Source: Clostridia bacterium (GTDB lineage: Bacteria; Bacillota; Clostridia; HGM11514). Taken from it: a stretch of DNA of 63,073 bases. Positions 34,184 through 44,160 of this stretch are shown piece by piece. The position numbers and the translations under genes are program-made. Every line of letters starts with the position of its first letter. Positions within the stretch are counted from its first letter, which is position 1. The DNA lies in the NCBI GenBank assembly GCA_034186235.1, contig JAXGBA010000075.1:1-63073 (forward strand), read 5' to 3'. The notes below the pieces were generated by a model. That model was not told the DNA's origin, did no database searches, and was given only the letters and a program-made list of their open reading frames with translations.

Positions 34184-36007
34184 TTAAGCCTCCATAAACT
34201 GTTCATGCCAGAGAAGGAATGAAAATACCGTCCAAATCTTTCTGCTGTTATCGTACTTTCCTGCTCTGTGGTCATCAAGAAGCTTTATAAGAGCGGCTGT
34301 GTTGAAATATTTTTTTGATGTTTCGTTCTCAAAATAGCCTTTAACCTTATTGTAATACTTGTCCTCTTTAAGCCAAACCCTTATCGGAACCGGGAACCCG
34401 AGTTTCTTTTTGTTGGCGGTTTCCTTCGGCATTGCGCGCATTGCAGCCTTCCTGAGGGCAAGCTTGGTATTTTCTTTGCTTACGCGGAAATCAACGGGGA
34501 TTTTTTCGGCAAGCGTCATGATTTTTTTATCGAGGAACGGAACCCTCAGTTCCAGAGAGTGAGCCATGCTCATCTTGTCAGCCTTAAGCAGAATATCGCC
34601 CGCAAGCCATGTATGCAGCTCAACAAACTGCATTTTTGTAACCATGTCTTTATCTTTTACCCTATCATAATATTCTTTGGTGACGGTCTGGGGCGAAGGG
34701 GCGTCCGTCTTTATTTTAAGAAGTTTTTTTCTTTCTTTTTCCGAGAAGATGTTTGCGTTGCCTATGAACCATTCTTCAACATCCTTTCCGCGCCTTACAA
34801 GAAAGTTGAAGCCTCTTGCATGAGGAAAGAGAGATGCGGCTTTGCCGATTGCACGGCGGATACATCTCGGGATTTTATAATACCACGAAACATCGTAAGG
34901 TTCTTTATATAAGTTATAGCCGCCGAAAATTTCATCCGCACCTTCGCCCGAAAGCACAACTTTAAGATGCTCGGACGCAATTTTGCAGACAAAGTAGAGC
35001 GCAACCGCAGCGGGGTCCGCAAGCGGCTCGTCCATATGATACTGAACCGTCGGCAGCGAATCCCAGTATTCCTCCGGTGTTATAACTTTATTTATATTTT
35101 CAACATTTATATATTTTGCCAAGTCTTTGGCATAGCTTATTTCGTTGTACTTTTCATTTGAAAATCCGACAGTGAATGTTTTGTCAACATTTGCACGGCA
35201 GGCTACATAGCTTGAGTCAACGCCGCTTGAAAGAAATGAGCCTACCTCAACATCGCTTATTTTATGGGCTTCGACGGATTCGTCAAAAGTTTTGCTGATT
35301 TCGTCAACCCAGTAGTCCATATCGTGACCGTTTTCTTCGTCAAACTTAACCTGCCAGTAACGCTTAATATCCATTTCACCGTCTTTATACTTAAACATAT
35401 GAGCCGGACGAAGTCTGAAAACATCCTTGAAGAATGTTTCGTCAAGTCCCGAATACTGGAACGAAAGATAACTCTCAAGCGCTGATTCGTTAAGTTCACG
35501 CTTAAAATGCGGGTGCGGAATAAACGATTTTATCTCCGATCCGAACAGAAAATGCTTTCCCTGTTTTGCATAGTAGAGCGGCTTTATGCCGAAATAATCC
35601 CGTGCCCCGAAAAGCTCTTTTTTGTTCTTGTCCCAGATTACAAACGCAAACATTCCGCGCAGCTTATTGGGAAGTTCCTCCCCATATTCCTCGTAACCGT
35701 GAATTATGGTTTCGCTGTCGGTCGCAGTTTTGAATGTGTGCCCTTTTTCGATAAGCTCCTCTCGAAGCGACTGATAATTATAAATCTCGCCGTTGAATAC
35801 CATAACAAGGGACGAATCCTCATTGAAAATCGGCTGGCTTCCGTTTGCGAGGTCAATAATGCTGAGACGCCTGAACCCGAGCGCAATATCGTCATCGGTA
35901 TATAGCCCTTCCGAGTCGGGCCCCCTGTGTTTAATTTTATCCATCATAAGCTGCAGCACATTTTTCGTGTTGTCACAGTCATTCACAAATCCTACAAATC
36001 CGCACAT
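34184..36007 (-). CDS. asnB: Asparagine synthase (glutamine-hydrolysing)
   Basis: 607 aa. N-terminal MCGFVGF nucleophile Cys. RGPD, GEIYNY. Synthetase-domain SGGVDSS-like FLSSGVDSS. Confidence 0.9.
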   Translation of the reverse strand: MCGFVGFVNDCDNTKNVLQLMMDKIKHRGPDSEGLYTDDDIALGFRRLSIIDLANGSQPIFNEDSSLVMVFNGEIYNYQSLREELIEKGHTFKTATDSETIIHGYEEYGEELPNKLRGMFAFVIWDKNKKELFGARDYFGIKPLYYAKQGKHFLFGSEIKSFIPHPHFKRELNESALESYLSFQYSGLDETFFKDVFRLRPAHMFKYKDGEMDIKRYWQVKFDEENGHDMDYWVDEISKTFDESVEAHKISDVEVGSFLSSGVDSSYVACRANVDKTFTVGFSNEKYNEISYAKDLAKYINVENINKVITPEEYWDSLPTVQYHMDEPLADPAAVALYFVCKIASEHLKVVLSGEGADEIFGGYNLYKEPYDVSWYYKIPRCIRRAIGKAASLFPHARGFNFLVRRGKDVEEWFIGNANIFSEKERKKLLKIKTDAPSPQTVTKEYYDRVKDKDMVTKMQFVELHTWLAGDILLKADKMSMAHSLELRVPFLDKKIMTLAEKIPVDFRVSKENTKLALRKAAMRAMPKETANKKKLGFPVPIRVWLKEDKYYNKVKGYFENETSKKYFNTAALIKLLDDHRAGKYDNSRKIWTVFSFLLWHEQFMEA

Positions 36008-36068
36008 ACTTAATTTTTATCCTTTCAATGGAAGATACGCACAATACGCCATTTTTAAACCTTAGTAT

Positions 36069-36097
36069 ATTATAGCATAAAAATATCGGCAAATCAA
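36069..36097 (-). promoter_or_regulatory. Sigma-A-type promoter for asnB
   Basis: Minus strand: TTGATT, 17 nt, TATAAT, with TGc extended -10. Short 5' UTR of about 55 nt. Confidence 0.5.
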
Positions 36098-36249
36098 TAT
36101 TTTTGAAAAAATTTTCGGTACGGTGATTATATTAATTCAGCTGTTGTTAATAAAATATATTCTGTTTCGGTTTGCACCTTTGCAAATCATAAGGCATAGG
36201 CTGAACACTGCTGCCCGTTCTGATGAAACAGCCGGATTCACACATACCT

Positions 36250-36381
36250 TTAGAACGCAAATAGTATGGTTTTTCGTTTCCGCTTGAGATAATTATTTTT
36301 ATTACGCTTTTTCCATGCATTTTCACGCTCTAATTTGTCATTCAGTTTTCGTTTGAATTCTATCCGATTTGATTCGGGCAT
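36250..36381 (-). pseudogene. Possible 5' remnant of an AlbA_2/Schlafen-type 'putative DNA-binding domain' gene (43 codons)
   Basis: MPESNRIEFKRKLNDKLERE resembles the characteristic N-terminus (E..R.E[FY]K....D...RE) of that family. After about 20 residues the ORF turns into low-complexity basic sequence and then stops. Confidence 0.2.
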
Positions 36382-36399
36382 ATAAGCACCGCCGTATTT

Positions 36400-37026
36400 T
36401 TATCTTTTAAGATATTTCATAACCGGCACGGTGATTGCGGCGGTGAGGATTGCCGCAACAATCGCTTCCGGAACGCCCTGCATGCCGATAACGCCCATGA
36501 TTACGCCCAGCAGTGCGGAAAAGCCCATATCCTTTGCCGCTGCGTAGCTTTCGCCATAGAGAAAATAAATCCCGCCCATAACAAACACGGTATTTACCAT
36601 TGAGCCGACAAAGCCTGTAACCGCAAGCGAAATTCCGCCTTTAAGCTTGGTTTTTGAAAGAGCGCGGAAAAGGAGTGCTGAAAGTACGCCGATTAAAATC
36701 CTCGGTACAAAGCAAATCAGAAGGCTTTTGAAAGAGCCTGAAAATCTCGGGTCAAGCGAATAAAATGGCGTAAACACAAATGATGTTATGTTCGGCCTGA
36801 TCGTGTTGTTTATAAGGCTTGTAAGCCCGAAAACAAAGCCTAAAATTCCGCCGTTAACAGGTCCCAAAAGCACTGCGCCGATGATTACCGGGATATGGAT
36901 AATCGTTGCGTTCATGAACCCGAGCGGAATATAGCCCACCGTGAACGCCATAACCGCAATGAGCGCGGAGAACAGCGCAAGTATGACCAGTCTTTTTGTA
37001 CGGCTTTCGATTAATTGATTTGTCAT
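36400..37026 (-). CDS. ECF transporter S component (PanT-like; substrate uncertain)
   Basis: 208 aa, 6 TM helices. NATIIHIPVIIGAVLLGP is the motif typical of ECF S components. Confidence 0.6.
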   Translation of the reverse strand: MTNQLIESRTKRLVILALFSALIAVMAFTVGYIPLGFMNATIIHIPVIIGAVLLGPVNGGILGFVFGLTSLINNTIRPNITSFVFTPFYSLDPRFSGSFKSLLICFVPRILIGVLSALLFRALSKTKLKGGISLAVTGFVGSMVNTVFVMGGIYFLYGESYAAAKDMGFSALLGVIMGVIGMQGVPEAIVAAILTAAITVPVMKYLKR

Positions 37027-37038
37027 TTGAAAAGCACC

Positions 37039-38205
37039 TCACATTTCGTCAATATTAATGACGGTATTGTATTTTTTGTCTTTGGCTTTTATCATTTCTG
37101 AAAGCTTATGCTTTGCATTTTCAATCTGAGATTCCGAATATCCGATGGGAACCACTATATCGAAAATCATATTGATATTTTCCTGTCCGTCGGTTATCCT
37201 GAAATCATGCATAGTGATTTCGGGGTCGATTTCGGGAAGCATTTTCTCAACCATTTCTTTAAGCTTGGTTGTTTTTGGGCAGTTTACCGCAATCGGATCC
37301 ATATGTATAACCATGATTATGCCCAGTTTATCACATATTTTCCGTTCGAGAGCGTCGATTATTTCGTGAACCTCGGTAATATTTTCGTTATCAGGGACCT
37401 CCGCATGGGCGGAAGCGATTGTGCGCCCGGGGCCGTAGTCGTGCACTATAAGATCATGCACCCCGACGATATGCTCGCCCGACATTATTATATCCCTTAT
37501 TTTTTTTACCGTTTCGGGTTTCGGCGGCTGACCGAGCAGTTTCGTAATAGTATCCCTTGCAATATCAAGCCCTGTTTTTAATATCAGCGCAGACACAATC
37601 ACGCCGAGGATTCCGTCCATAGGGAACTTTTTAAGAAATGCCCCGATAACCGTTGCCAGAACAACCGCCGTTGTGGAAAAAACATCGTTCAGGCTGTCGC
37701 CTGCGGTGGCCATCAGCAAAGCGGAATCGATTTTTTTGCCCATATATTTATTGTAGGAATACATCCAAAGCTTAATCAGGCACGAAAGAAGCAGCAATGC
37801 CGTAAGGTACGGGTTGAATATAACGCGCTGCGGCTCTATGATTTTCCTTATTGAACCGACAAGCGTTTCGATTCCCATATATATAATGATGAATGAAACT
37901 ATCAGTGCGGAGATGTATTCAAACCTACCGTGGCCGAACGGATGGTCGCTGTCGGGCCGCTTTGCGCTGAGTTTTGAGCCGATTACCGTAACAAGCGACG
38001 CACCGGTATCGGAAAGGTTATTGAAACCGTCCGACATAACGGCGATACTGTTCATCGCAAAGCCGACTGCAAGCTTCACTACTACAAGAGTTATGTTGCA
38101 TATTATTCCGACAATGCCGGCAAGTATACCGTAGCGTTCCCTGACGGCTTCGTTTTCGGTATCGTTATAATTCTTTATGAACCTTCTGATAAGCAGTTTT
38201 ATCAT
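37039..38205 (-). CDS. Cation diffusion facilitator family transporter
   Basis: 388 aa. TM domain with SDGFNNLSD and SLNDVFS metal-site motifs. C-terminal cytoplasmic domain HDLIVHDYGPGR. Confidence 0.85.
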   Translation of the reverse strand: MIKLLIRRFIKNYNDTENEAVRERYGILAGIVGIICNITLVVVKLAVGFAMNSIAVMSDGFNNLSDTGASLVTVIGSKLSAKRPDSDHPFGHGRFEYISALIVSFIIIYMGIETLVGSIRKIIEPQRVIFNPYLTALLLLSCLIKLWMYSYNKYMGKKIDSALLMATAGDSLNDVFSTTAVVLATVIGAFLKKFPMDGILGVIVSALILKTGLDIARDTITKLLGQPPKPETVKKIRDIIMSGEHIVGVHDLIVHDYGPGRTIASAHAEVPDNENITEVHEIIDALERKICDKLGIIMVIHMDPIAVNCPKTTKLKEMVEKMLPEIDPEITMHDFRITDGQENINMIFDIVVPIGYSESQIENAKHKLSEMIKAKDKKYNTVINIDEM

Positions 38206-38339
38206 ACAAATCCTCTCTGATTTTATTATAATACACTTAATTATACAACATTTTTAAAAAAATGTAAACTCTTTTTTCAAAATAAAGGTTGATTATTTTG
38301 AGTTTTTATTATAAAATATAGTAGTGAGGTGGAATTGTT

Positions 38340-38858
38340 ATGAATAAAGGTCTTATTCATGTGTACACCGGTAACGGAAAAGGCAAAACCACGGCGGCAA
38401 TCGGGCAGGCGGTAAGGGCGAAGGGCGCTGGGCTTTCGGTCTGCGTGCTTCAGTTTCTGAAAAACGAGGACACGGGAGAGCTTAAATGCCTTGAAAAACT
38501 CGGAATTTCCGTTATAAGGAAAGAAACGGTTTCCGGATTTTTCAACGGGCTGTCAAGCGAGCAGCGCCGGCAGCTTAAAAGTGAGGTTGAATATGAATTT
38601 GCGCTTTTAAAAAAACTTATGCCTCAGTATGACATGGTTATTCTCGATGAAATTTTCGGGGTGGTTGAAAACGGGCTTTTGTCGCTTGGTTCGCTTATGC
38701 GGCTTATAAGGAAAAAACCGGAGGGTACGGAGCTTATTCTCACAGGGCGCCATGCGCCTCTCGGGATTATCGAGATTGCCGATTATGCAAGTGAAATAAG
38801 GGTTATCAAGCACCCGTTTGACGAAGGAGTTCCGGCAAGACCGGGAATTGAGTTTTAA
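38340..38858 (+). CDS. cobO: Cob(I)yrinic acid a,c-diamide adenosyltransferase (CobA/CobO/BtuR family)
   Basis: 172 aa. GLIHVYTGNGKGKTTAAIGQAVRAKGAG P-loop, ILDE, TGR. Confidence 0.85.
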   Translation: MNKGLIHVYTGNGKGKTTAAIGQAVRAKGAGLSVCVLQFLKNEDTGELKCLEKLGISVIRKETVSGFFNGLSSEQRRQLKSEVEYEFALLKKLMPQYDMVILDEIFGVVENGLLSLGSLMRLIRKKPEGTELILTGRHAPLGIIEIADYASEIRVIKHPFDEGVPARPGIEF

Positions 38859-38876
38859 CGAAAGGATAAATTACAT

Positions 38877-39587
38877 ATGGCAGGTTTTTTTGGATTCTTT
38901 AACTACGAAAAGCCGGGCAAAGGCATAGCCGAAGACGCCCCGCAGAGGAAGGGCTTGTTTTTGTGCCTGGAGCTTATTTTCAGAAAGCTCGGCAAACTGA
39001 TTATACTTAATGCGGCATTTGTTGTAAGCTGTATTCCGCTTATTACGGTCGGGCCGGCTTCCGCAGCGCTCACGCAGATTATCAACGATTATCTTGATGG
39101 TGAGCAGTCTTTGGACATTTCAAGCTATTTTTCGGCATTCAAAAAGCACTTTAAGCAAGGAGTTGCGGTCGGAATCATCAATCTTTTGTTTGCGTTCGGC
39201 TTTTTATACAACCTGCTTTATTTCGGTTTTACCGATGGGCTTTTGTCATCGTACCTTACTTGGCTTTTCGGTGCTTTGACAGTGCTCTTGTACATGGTTC
39301 AGGTTTTCGTTTATAATCTTATGGCAAGAATGCGCAGTTCGGTTCTGGAACTTTATACGAATGCGTTCATAATAACACTTGCAAAGCTTCCCATGAACCT
39401 GCTTGCGCTGGGCGGTGCGCTTATTTATCCGCTCATAATCGTGCTGATATATTTCAGTTCTGTTATACCGCAGGCGGTTTCGATGCCGATTGCAAGCACG
39501 CTGACGCTGTTTTCGGTGTTCTCTGTTACATTTTTTGCCGCAAGCTTTTACGCAAGATATGTTATAAAAAACTTCGGGAGGAGATAA
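38877..39587 (+). CDS. YesL-family (DUF624) membrane protein
   Basis: 236 aa. The N-terminus FFNYEKPGKGI...KGLFLCLELIFRKLGKLIILNAAFVVSCIPLITVGPASAAL matches the DUF624 pattern. Confidence 0.7.
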   Translation: MAGFFGFFNYEKPGKGIAEDAPQRKGLFLCLELIFRKLGKLIILNAAFVVSCIPLITVGPASAALTQIINDYLDGEQSLDISSYFSAFKKHFKQGVAVGIINLLFAFGFLYNLLYFGFTDGLLSSYLTWLFGALTVLLYMVQVFVYNLMARMRSSVLELYTNAFIITLAKLPMNLLALGGALIYPLIIVLIYFSSVIPQAVSMPIASTLTLFSVFSVTFFAASFYARYVIKNFGRR

Positions 39588-39590
39588 TAT

Positions 39591-40091
39591 ATGAAAAAAA
39601 TAATTGCTATAATTTTGCTTTTTTTAATGCTTCCGTGCACGGCCTTTGCGGACGGCAGCGTAGATGTGTCGCTGAAGTCGGGCGAAAGCTTTAATGTTAC
39701 CGTAAACTGTGCCGAGGGAACCTCCGCAATGGCGTTTGTTTATACATACAAAAAATCGGTTTCCGGTATAAATACGCTTTGCAGTGTGAAAAAATACGAT
39801 GTTTCGTTCGGCGGCAGCGGTTCGTTCGAGGTCAATCCTCCCGAGGAGGGATACACCGAAAAGCTTGCCGTGTTTGACCGCATAACTCTTTCGCCGCTTT
39901 GCCCGGCTTATGAATATCCTTATATAATCAATGTTTCGACCGAGCCTTTGGGATTCAGGCTCACGGATTACGGAACAGCCGAAAAAGACGGCAAAACCTA
40001 TGTTATGAATGAATATGACCTGACGGGCTTTCAGTATGCGGAGGACGAGTTTTCCGCCGTATCGCTGCTTGCAAAGGCCGCATCATTTTAA
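39591..40091 (+). CDS. Secreted protein of unknown function
   Basis: 166 aa. Signal peptide MKKIIAIILLFLMLPCTAFA. Beta-rich. Start is 4 nt after the yesL-like stop. Confidence 0.6.
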   Translation: MKKIIAIILLFLMLPCTAFADGSVDVSLKSGESFNVTVNCAEGTSAMAFVYTYKKSVSGINTLCSVKKYDVSFGGSGSFEVNPPEEGYTEKLAVFDRITLSPLCPAYEYPYIINVSTEPLGFRLTDYGTAEKDGKTYVMNEYDLTGFQYAEDEFSAVSLLAKAASF

Positions 40092-40958
40092 TATCATGTG
40101 TTCCAGCATCGCGGCGGCCGCACTCAGCGGCTGCCCGGTTCTTTTTATAAGACAAATATTGCGTTCGGGGATTTTCTCTTTCAAATCGATTATCCGCACA
40201 TTGTCCTGCGGCCGGATAAATTCCCGGGGGACAAAGCCTATGCCGAGGCCGGCCTCGGCAACGGGGAGAATCTGGTCAGCCGTAAAAACTTCAATATCGG
40301 GGTCATATTCCTCGCCGAAGCTTTTGAAAAATCCGCAGTAAAATTCATATGATTTTGTATCGCTTCCGAGTGAAATTAAAGGATATTTCTTTATTTCGGC
40401 AAGCGGTATTTTTCTGTTTTCGGGCAGGGGAATGTCCGGAGAACATATTGCCGCCTCCACGACCTTTTTTACAGTTATTTCGGTAAGAAGCGTCGATTTT
40501 ACTTTCGGTTCGGTTACAACCGCAAAATCTGCAATTCCGTCTTTGAGCGCCGATATTGCCTGGGGTGTGGAATAGTTGCTTATCTGAATATGAATTTTCG
40601 GATAAAGTTCTCTGTATTCTTTCAGTATCGGCAGCAGAAGGCAGCGAAGTGCCACCTCGCTCGCCGCTATAAAAACATTGCCGCTTTCAAGATTGAGGCT
40701 TTCGGTAATTTCGTTTTCGGCCGCTTCAATCTGCTCAAACGCTATTTTTATATGGGAGTACAGTCTTCTCCCGACTTCCGTCAGCTTCATGCCGCAGTTT
40801 GTACGCAAAAACAGCGGACACCCAAGCTGACTTTCCAGATTTTTAATCGTTCTTGTCAGATTCGGCTGATTGCTGTAAAGAAGCTTCGCCGCTTTTGAAA
40901 CACTTCCGTGCTTTGCAACATAATAAAACGCCTTGTAATATTCACTGCTTATATTCAT
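40083..40958 (-). CDS. LysR-family transcriptional regulator
   Basis: Track ORF runs to 40967 (GTG); ATG at 40958 gives MNISSEYYKAFYYVAKHGSVSKAAKLLYSNQPNLTRTIKNLE (wHTH). LysR substrate-binding domain follows. Divergent from 41079..42011. Confidence 0.85.
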   Translation of the reverse strand: MNISSEYYKAFYYVAKHGSVSKAAKLLYSNQPNLTRTIKNLESQLGCPLFLRTNCGMKLTEVGRRLYSHIKIAFEQIEAAENEITESLNLESGNVFIAASEVALRCLLLPILKEYRELYPKIHIQISNYSTPQAISALKDGIADFAVVTEPKVKSTLLTEITVKKVVEAAICSPDIPLPENRKIPLAEIKKYPLISLGSDTKSYEFYCGFFKSFGEEYDPDIEVFTADQILPVAEAGLGIGFVPREFIRPQDNVRIIDLKEKIPERNICLIKRTGQPLSAAAAMLEHMILK

Positions 40959-41078
40959 TAAAAACACTCCGATATGTTAATTTGATATATCGCTCATATC
41001 CAATATACATTTTACATATATCATGAAAAATATTATAATATATTTTAGAATGAATGTCAAGGAACGGAAGGCGATTTT

Positions 41079-41330
41079 ATGGTAACGCTTGAAATTATTA
41101 CGGAAATGCTGCTTGATGCCGGAATGTTAGCTCTTGTTTTCAGCATTGCTAAAAGCATAGCTGAGCCGCACAGCTCCGAAAGAGCGGCTTCCGCCGCAAT
41201 GGGTGCGGGCTTTTTGATATGCTGCATTTCGCAGGTTATGACGCACGGCAGTTACGCAGTATTCATACTTGCTGCGCTTGGATTTATGCTTTCGTACACT
41301 TCTTTTTTACTGACATTTTCACGGGAATGA
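41079..41330 (+). CDS. Small hydrophobic protein of unknown function
   Basis: 83 aa, 3 predicted TM segments. First gene of the LysR-divergent pair. Confidence 0.45.
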   Translation: MVTLEIITEMLLDAGMLALVFSIAKSIAEPHSSERAASAAMGAGFLICCISQVMTHGSYAVFILAALGFMLSYTSFLLTFSRE

Positions 41331-41336
41331 TTTTTT

Positions 41337-42011
41337 ATGCTGCATAAAGGTGCGCGCGGCCAAATGTCCGACACATTCCGTACCGCGCTGTTTATTATAT
41401 TGTCGGGCGGATTTCAGGACGCTTACACATATTTTTGCCGCGGCAGAGTTTTTGCCAATGCGCAAACGGGCAATATTGTGCTTATGAGCTCGGCGGTTTT
41501 TGCCGGCGAATGGAATACTGCTCTTAAATATTTTATTCCGGTAGTGTCGTTTCTCATAGGAACAGCGGCGGCGGAGCTGATTCACATACGCTTCAAAACC
41601 TTTGAGAAAATACACTGGAGGCAGATAATTCTCGCTATTGAGATTATTCTGCTTTTTGCTGTCGGATTTATGCCCCACAGGCTTAACCCGGCAGCGAATG
41701 CCCTTGTTTCGTTTGTGTGCGCAATGCAGGTTCAGACCTTCCATAAAGTGAGGGGTCATGCTTATGCAAGCACGATGTGCATAGGAAATATGCGCAGCGG
41801 AACAGAAGCACTTTGCGCATATTTTCGTGTGCGCGACGGGGAAATCCTTGTGAAGGCGCTGACTTACTTCGGCGTTATAGCCGTGTTTGCCGTCGGCGCC
41901 GGGGCGGGAACGCTCATAACGCGCATTATAGGTGATAAATCAATATGGTTTTGCTGCGTTTCACTTTTGGTAAGCTTTGTTATGATGTTTGTGGCAGAAA
42001 CAGAAAAATAA
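41337..42011 (+). CDS. YoaK-family (DUF1275) membrane protein
   Basis: 224 aa. GGFQDAYTYFCRGRVFANAQTGNIVLM motif. Confidence 0.75.
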   Translation: MLHKGARGQMSDTFRTALFIILSGGFQDAYTYFCRGRVFANAQTGNIVLMSSAVFAGEWNTALKYFIPVVSFLIGTAAAELIHIRFKTFEKIHWRQIILAIEIILLFAVGFMPHRLNPAANALVSFVCAMQVQTFHKVRGHAYASTMCIGNMRSGTEALCAYFRVRDGEILVKALTYFGVIAVFAVGAGAGTLITRIIGDKSIWFCCVSLLVSFVMMFVAETEK

Positions 42012-42045
42012 GAAACCGTCTGCGATGAAAAAGCAGACGGTTTCT
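42011..42045. terminator. Bidirectional terminator
   Basis: 13-bp stem agaaaccgtctgc / gcagacggtttct with a 9-nt loop. Confidence 0.8.
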
Positions 42046-43151
42046 TATTCCCAGCATGATTTCCAACCGGGATTTTTTATTCTCATAAGGGCTTCCATGT
42101 AGAAATAATCGCCCCAGATGTTACATTCGTCAACTCCAAGATTTGCCGGCATACTATAGACGGCGTGAGCCAAAATGCCGTTGGATTTTTCATCGGTATG
42201 GCAGCTTTGAAGTACTTCTGTCATCAAGAGTGCGGTTTTCTCAAGAGGCTTTGATTTTAAAAATCTGTTCATAAGAAGGATTCCGCATATCGCAGCTGCA
42301 GAGGCTGAGGTGTCTTTTGTTGTTTTTGTATCCGTGAAAACCATGTCCCACGCAGGAATAAAGTCTTTTGGAAGGCGTTTTTCAAAAGCGTCTTCAACAA
42401 GCCTGAATTTTTCGATGAGGCTGTCATCCATGGTATGCGTATACCCCAGTGCCGTTACGTAAATTCCCCAGGCCTGTCCCCTTGCCCAGACGGAATTATC
42501 CGAATAGCCTTGAGCGGTGACCCCTTTTAATGGGTTGCCGGTTTTTCTATCGAAAAAGTATGTATGATATGTTGTTCCGTCGTCACGGATCACATATTTT
42601 ACCGATGTTTTAAGATGTGATTTTGCGATACGGCGATAATTTTCGTTTCCTGTAACATCCGCCGCCCAAAAAAGCAGCGGGAGGTTCATCATGCAGTCGA
42701 TAATGAGCCGAAAATTGTCTTCGGCGCCTATTTTCCCCCAAGCCTGAATAAACTTTGGGCGTTCGTTAAATCGGGAACACAAATTGTCTGCTGCGAGTAT
42801 TGCAGCTTATTTGGCTTTGCTGTCGCCGAACAGCCTGTATGCCGTAACGCATGACGGGCAATACAGAAAACCCATATCATGGTGATTTACGCCGAGCCGT
42901 TTTTTTATTCTGATGCTGAAATCGCCAATATGTTTCAGCGCAAGCTCGCTGTATTTTTTGTTGCCGGTAAATTCATATAAAAGCCACAGCATACCTGTCC
43001 AAAAGCCTTGCGCCCAGCTTCCGTTATCGTTTGTCATCGGCCGGTACACATTGTTTATCGATGAACCCGACGGGTACAATCCGTTCATGTCTTTAATACA
43101 CTTATCAACTTTTTTTATGCAGAAGTTTATTGCAGAATCCAAATTTTTCAT
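42045..43151 (-). pseudogene. GH88-like unsaturated glucuronyl hydrolase interrupted by one in-frame TAA
   Basis: Track ORFs 42807..43235 and 42045..42782 are in the same frame and are separated only by a TAA at 42807-42809 (...LFGDSKAK*AAILAADNLCSRFNERPKFIQAWG...). GH88-type motifs: WAQGFWTGMLWLLY, DMGFLY, IIDCMMNLPLLFWA, QGYSDNSVWARGQAWGIY. The likely start is ATG 43151 (MKNLDSAINF). Confidence 0.75.
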
Positions 43152-43669
43152 TTTACTCTTTTCTTTATGTCCAGCCTTGCCATTGCCACCACAACGGAGG
43201 CCGCAAGGAAGCCATGAGTAAAAATCGAGGTCCATGCGTGAAGGTCAATATCGTAAACAACCCATATAAGGCTGTTCATAAGCATATAAATTCTGTATTT
43301 TTTAGCGTTAGGCTGCGTAACCGAAAGCGCATAGAAAAGCGCCGCAATGCAGGAAAGCACGCTTGGAAATCCGCTGAACGAAAACACCGAAACCGCTATA
43401 TATCCGATCATAAATCCGATATTAATCGGTAACGGAAAACGTTTGCCATTTCGGCTATAAAAATAAATCCAAATCGTCTGAACCGTTGCCAGAATACATA
43501 CTCCCGCGCCGGAGGTACCGTCAAGAAGAACGAAATTCAGTGCAACCAGCAAATTAAGGATAATCTCGCCGACCAATATTGTTCGTATGTTTTTGAACTG
43601 CACCGTCACTACAGCACCGACTGTTGTAAGTATGCCGATTGTTTGTGCAATATAAAAATTCCAATCCAT
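43148..43669 (-). CDS. YgjV-like small membrane protein (PnuC/SWEET-related superfamily)
   Basis: 173 aa, about 6 TM helices. Internal duplication-like layout resembling E. coli YgjV. Its stop overlaps the GH88 start (ATGA). Confidence 0.55.
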   Translation of the reverse strand: MDWNFYIAQTIGILTTVGAVVTVQFKNIRTILVGEIILNLLVALNFVLLDGTSGAGVCILATVQTIWIYFYSRNGKRFPLPINIGFMIGYIAVSVFSFSGFPSVLSCIAALFYALSVTQPNAKKYRIYMLMNSLIWVVYDIDLHAWTSIFTHGFLAASVVVAMARLDIKKRVK

Positions 43670-43785
43670 TTATATTCCCCTTTCTGATGAAACATAAGTG
43701 TATCACAAAAAGAGAAATTTATCAATCATTATTTTAAAACATGCACTTGCAGACACAATTTTTCGGAAAAAACGCAAATACGGTC

Positions 43786-44070
43786 TTAAAAAATACATTC
43801 TTTTTTCGTGTATTTCATAACCGAGCCGTCATCGGCGTCGAGTTTGAATATATAGTCGGTCTTGCCGGAACGGAACGAAACAAGATATACGGGTTTTCCT
43901 TCGTCATAGCCGAGATTGGTTTTGAGGTAAAGTGCGTCCGAAAGCGAAAGCCCTGCGGAGCGCACCGCAATTCTTTCCGCTTTATCCGAACTTATGTTTG
44001 CGGCTTTTCCGCATCCGAAAAGCAAAAACAAACACGAAATTATGAAAAATACCGTCAGAAATCGTTTCAT
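43786..44070 (-). CDS. PepSY-domain lipoprotein
   Basis: The ATG at 44070 follows GGGGGTG. MKRFLTVFFIISCLFLLFGC lipobox. AERIAVRSAGLS...GKPVYLVSF...DYIFKLDADDGSVM is the PepSY pattern. Confidence 0.75.
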   Translation of the reverse strand: MKRFLTVFFIISCLFLLFGCGKAANISSDKAERIAVRSAGLSLSDALYLKTNLGYDEGKPVYLVSFRSGKTDYIFKLDADDGSVMKYTKKECIF

Positions 44071-44160
44071 GTTAAACACCCCCTGTTACTATTTATTCAC
44101 TTTATTTGATATTTATGTTTACTTTTTATAAAAAATGTAGTAAAATATATGAAGAGGTGA

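Noticed and set aside
36008-36130. Looked for a T-box or attenuator ahead of asnB
   Set aside because: The promoter at 36069-36097 leaves about a 55-nt unstructured leader. No T-box sequence is present.
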